DNA from: Octopus bimaculoides
Lineage: Eukaryota
Assembly: GCF_001194135.2 (NCBI RefSeq)
Contig: NC_068999.1
Span: 41,090,097 to 41,129,848, forward strand
DNA: 39,752 bases
Direction of reading: 5' to 3'
Every line of letters begins with the position of its first letter. The first letter of the stretch is position 1. Below are positions 35,715-39,752 of the stretch, one piece after another. The position numbers and the translations under genes are program-made. The notes under the pieces were generated by a model that was not told where the DNA came from, ran no database searches, and saw only the letters and a program-made list of their open reading frames with translations.

Positions 35715-36530
35715 CATATATGAATGCATATACTACACACATACAATAAAACATGGCTGAAGTATATTTTGCGTTATTGAAAATATATAGAAAAATAAAT
35801 ATTTGAATATATTTTCTTCCCCATTACATACATCTTAAATTTACTCATTTTTGTAAATTTCAAACGATACTTTACATAAAAAAAAAAAACGATGTAAAAT
35901 AAATCCAGTACGTTTATTTTATTTGTTATATTCACAATCTTCGAATTTTATATATTTTCGTATTTCATATTTGAGAAAAACGTGTGTGTGTGTGACGTTG
36001 TTAGGAAACGGTAGGGTAAATCCTCGGTGCAGAATAAGTATGAAGCAATTTGTTTTGGATTCCTTATACTTACTCAGAATNNNNNNNNNNNNNNNNNNNN
36101 NNNNNNNNNNNNNNNNNNNNNNNNNNNNNNNNNNNNNNNNNNNNNNNNNNNNNNNNNNNNNNNNNNNNNNNNNNNNNNNNNNNNNNNNNNNNNNNNNNNN
36201 NNNNNNNNNNNNNNNNNNNNNNNNNNNNNNNNNNNNNNNNNNNNNNNNNNNNNNNNNNNNNNNNNNNNNNNNNNNNNNNNNNNNNNNNNNNNNNNNNNNN
36301 NNNNNNNNNNNNNNNNNNNNNNNNNNNNNNNNNNNNNNNNNNNNNNNNNNNNNNNNNNNNNNNNNNNNNNNNNNNNNNNNNNNNNNNNNNNNNNNNNNNN
36401 NNNNNNNNNNNNNNNNNNNNNNNTGTATGCATGTACCAGACGTTATACATATATATCTACATACCCACTATATGTAGTTATATGAATATGTCGAGATATG
36501 TTATAAACGTTTTATATATTATGTGTGTGT

Positions 36531-36562
<32 letters not shown>

Positions 36563-37020
36563 TGGTATTTATTGAGTGTATGGGGTGTTTTATACAGCAA
36601 AATGTTATTCATATATTTATGACATATGTATATATAAGCAAAATATACCATATTTATTTCACACTCACACACACACATATATATATGAAAATGATGCATT
36701 TATATATACAAAAACGACAAACACAGCACTTTTTGTTGTATTTCTCCACATATTGTACTATCCCTCTGCGAACGTCTGTGTATTTTCAGTTATTCCATTT
36801 TTCTCGAATATGAAAAGGAAATTAAAAGAAAAATTAACAAAACAAAACTATCAACCTGATAAAAAAAAAAAACACACATGCACACGCAAGACAACACATA
36901 AAAAAATGCTGAAAATAAAATATATGAAATAAATAAAATATGGACGAAACATATATATATATATATATGTATATATATAAGGCAAAAAACAAAAGTTTAA
37001 CACAGAAAAACACAAAAAGG

Positions 37021-37052
<32 letters not shown>

Positions 37053-37451
37053 TAATAATAATAACAATAATAATGAACAGAAAAAGAAAAACAAAATACA
37101 AAGTCAAAAATATATATATAAAATGGGGGGGAAAAATGACATAAATAGCGTAACAGTTATTTTCTGCCAATATGGTGCCGGATGTTTTTCTGCCTAGAAT
37201 TTAATGCTTATGGCAGGTGATGTATCCTGTATAACCAAAATCGATCATATTCCAAACTATTCTTGTCTATAACCACTGTAAAAATAAAGGCCTGTATTCT
37301 ATTGCAATGATCGAATACTTAAAAGAATTGATTATTTCGCTCATTGTTGTTATTGTTATTCTTCGTTTTATTTTTAGCGTTGACAGCAAATTTTTACGTC
37401 AAGTCTCTACGTGTATACACATATATGCATTTGCATAATATGTATATACGA

Positions 37452-37495
<44 letters not shown>

Positions 37496-37666
37496 NNNNN
37501 NNNNNNNNNNNNNNNNNNNNNNNNNNNNNNNNNNNNNNNNNNNNNNNNNNNNNNNNNNNNNNNNNNNNNNNNNNNNNNNNNNNNNNNNNNNNNNNNNNNN
37601 NNNNNNNNNNNNNNNNNNTGGGTTTGCTGGCGTTACGAAAAGACAACGACATTCACATACATACAG

Positions 37667-37697
<31 letters not shown>

Positions 37698-37985
37698 CGT
37701 TTATATGTATGTATGTATGTATGCATGTATAAGCTAATACATACACACAAACATATTCATAAGTTATATACGTATATGTACATATACATTTATACATACG
37801 CATATACACAGTGAGAAAGAAAGAATGAAATGATACATATACATTGTATGCACGTAATTATGTACACACATATCTGTGTTCATTGTATGTTTAACTAAAC
37901 ACAGTTCCTGATCTATATAAACATTATATAGATCTGCTGGGTTTGCTGGCGTTACGAAAAGACAACGACATTCACATACATACAG

Positions 37986-38016
<31 letters not shown>

Positions 38017-38849
38017 AGAGAGAGAGACAGAGACAAAGAGAGAGAGAGAGAGACAGAGAGACAGACAGACAGAAATGTTTACATGCACATACGATCTGAT
38101 AAGCGTTAACTCTCCTGTTCGTATACTCTCACACACGTATTCCAGCATTAAGTGTCCCTATGTTTTTGTTTGTTCTCTTGTATTTCTTTTCTAGTCTCTG
38201 TGTTTGTGGGGGTGTATTCGATTTTTTCTTCTCCCTCTGTACTTGTTTGTGGGTGCTATGTTTGTGTGTGTGTGTCTTTGTATTCATGTATGTGTTTGTG
38301 CGCGCCAGAAACCATAGGTATTTACTTCTATCTCTAGTTAACGTGTCTGCGAATGTGTGTGTGTGTGTGTGTGTATGTGTGTATTTCAGAAGCAGGTATA
38401 TGTGTTTGTATTATTTCACGCATGCGTTCACATGTAGGTGTATCCAGTGTGTTTTCATCAACATTGAACTGGGTGAAAGAGTGGTTGCGATAGCGTGAAT
38501 GTCTGTGTGCGAGCGTGTGTGTGCGTGGGCGCGCACGTATGTCTATATATGCGTGTACGTAGAACGTCTGCCACAAAATTATCAGATTCAATAATGTCGT
38601 TTGCTGTATATCTGATGTATGAAAAGAAGTTAGACGCCATGTTAGTCAATCGTATTTCAATCCTTCTTGTGCCTAGGTTTGCCGTTTATTGTTGCAAGTT
38701 GTTGGAATCTATCACTAACGCCGCCTAAATATAGACTCTATGTAACAGTAATATATCGAGGTATACCGAAACAAAACATAAACTTACAAATATCAATCTC
38801 TCAAACTATACGTGTGTGTGTGATTATATATATATGTAAATATATATGA

Positions 38850-39030
38850 GTGACCTTTATCGCCACCTAAACTTGGGTGTTCTATAAGAACAGGCGATAC
38901 TGCTATTTAAACCTAGGAAGATGCCTCTCCCAGCTATTTAATCAGTGCCCTTCACACGCTATATAAGCGACAAGCAGGGAGACAACTCCCTTTATCCTGG
39001 CTCGGAGACCATCATGCCACGAGATTTCGA

Positions 39031-39076
<46 letters not shown>

Positions 39077-39246
39077 CTTTCCATTTTCTTCATTCTCTCT
39101 TCGTTTTTCCCACTTATTCCTTTCTGTGGAAAATCGTAGGCTCGAAACGTAAAAGACTTTTACATTTTTCCCGAGCGTCAAATGAATACGCCTGCTAGTT
39201 GCTCCTACACCTGCTTTCATCTTTTGTTTTCTGTAAGTTTGAACTA
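38850..39246 (+). mobile_element. Probable Penelope-like element 3' fragment interrupted by (AT)n
   Basis: Carries the hammerhead-like motif at 39120-39155 and the downstream TTTCCCGAGCGTC block shared with 27228-27240. The left boundary is approximate. Confidence 0.45.
39120..39155 (+). ncRNA. Hammerhead-like motif with variant core CTGTGGA
   Basis: CTTT-CTGTGGA-A-AATC-gtag-GCTC-GAAA-CGTA-AAAG. Stem I CTTT/AAAG is perfect, GAAA and ACGT stem III are present, stem II is disrupted, and the core differs from CUGAUGA. Confidence 0.45.
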
Positions 39247-39277
39247 TATATGTATACACACACACACACATACACAT

Positions 39278-39390
39278 ACGATGAGCTTCTTTCAGTTCCG
39301 TCTCCCAAATCCACTCATGAGGCTTTGGTCAACCCGAGGCTAGAGTACTACACACTTGCCCAAGTTGCCACGTAGGGTATTGAAACCGAA
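39278..39390 (-). mobile_element. SINE family B, 5' part
   Basis: GAGCTTCTTTCAGTTCCGTCTCCCAAATCCACTCATGAGGCTTTGGTCAACCCGAGGCTAGAGTA...CACTTGCCCAAGTTGCC; reverse complement of the family B head and CORE-like block. Confidence 0.75.
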
Positions 39391-39623
39391 GGACGGCTGG
39401 CCATTATATGTTGGAGGTCAAGCCACTACAGAGATACTACTCTCGTTGGCTGGTGGAAGCAAAATTTGTAAATGACGTGTGATATATTAGTATCGATCTC
39501 TATGTCTCTATAACCAAATCTACTGATCAAATCAGTAGATGTCTTGTAACAATTAATCAAATCAAGGAAACAAGATAGGCTATGACAAGTGCCAATTATC
39601 AGTTCATGTGTATATTTTATGCC

Positions 39624-39660
<37 letters not shown>

Positions 39661-39672
<12 letters not shown>

Positions 39673-39752
39673 ATATATATGTATGTATGTATATATATAT
39701 GTATGTATGTATATATATATGTATGTATGTATATATATATGTATGTATGTAT
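39661..39752. repeat. 20-bp higher-order repeat GTATGTATGTATATATATAT
   Basis: Four full perfect units plus a partial unit running to the window end. Confidence 0.95.

Noticed and set aside
1084-37618. Thirteen N-gaps, most flanked by (AT)n
   Set aside because: Assembly artefact of short reads failing in AT repeats; not biology, and their contents cannot be assessed.
740-39277. Dozens of ORFs in the six-frame track (YIYI, CVCV, HTHT, MYVC, poly-I/M/D/N, X-runs)
   Set aside because: They are translations of microsatellites or N-gaps that lack stop codons; no domain content.
1-39752. CRISPR array, rRNA or prokaryotic operon-type system
   Set aside because: No regularly spaced repeat-spacer structure, no rRNA-like sequence and no long ORFs; the sequence is clearly eukaryotic repeat-rich DNA.

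Overview
AT-rich, microsatellite-dense eukaryotic draft-assembly sequence with 13 N-gaps, most abutting (AT)n tracts. The SINE families and repeat landscape look like an octopus (coleoid cephalopod) genome; this is recognition from memory, not a database result. No host protein-coding gene can be supported, and nearly all ORFs in the track are artefacts of simple repeats or N-runs. The window is intron/intergenic-type DNA carrying a varied set of transposon fossils: about 20 full or partial copies of three tRNA-headed SINE families, two tandem R4/Dong-type non-LTR retrotransposon 3' fragments (RT and restriction-like endonuclease motifs readable), CR1/L2-group and RTE-like C-terminal fragments, an internally deleted mariner transposase, a hAT-like MITE, and three Penelope-like 3' fragments each carrying a hammerhead-ribozyme-like motif. 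The best leads are (1) the three minimal hammerhead motifs, one with a canonical core and two with variant cores; (2) a chain of SINE and LINE ends joined through (TAA)n/(ATT)n tracts at 20963-22400, suggesting SINE tails act as landing pads for TAA-targeting R4/Dong elements; and (3) a closely spaced inverted SINE pair that could form an ADAR substrate. I do not see convincing evidence of a wholly new multi-gene system.
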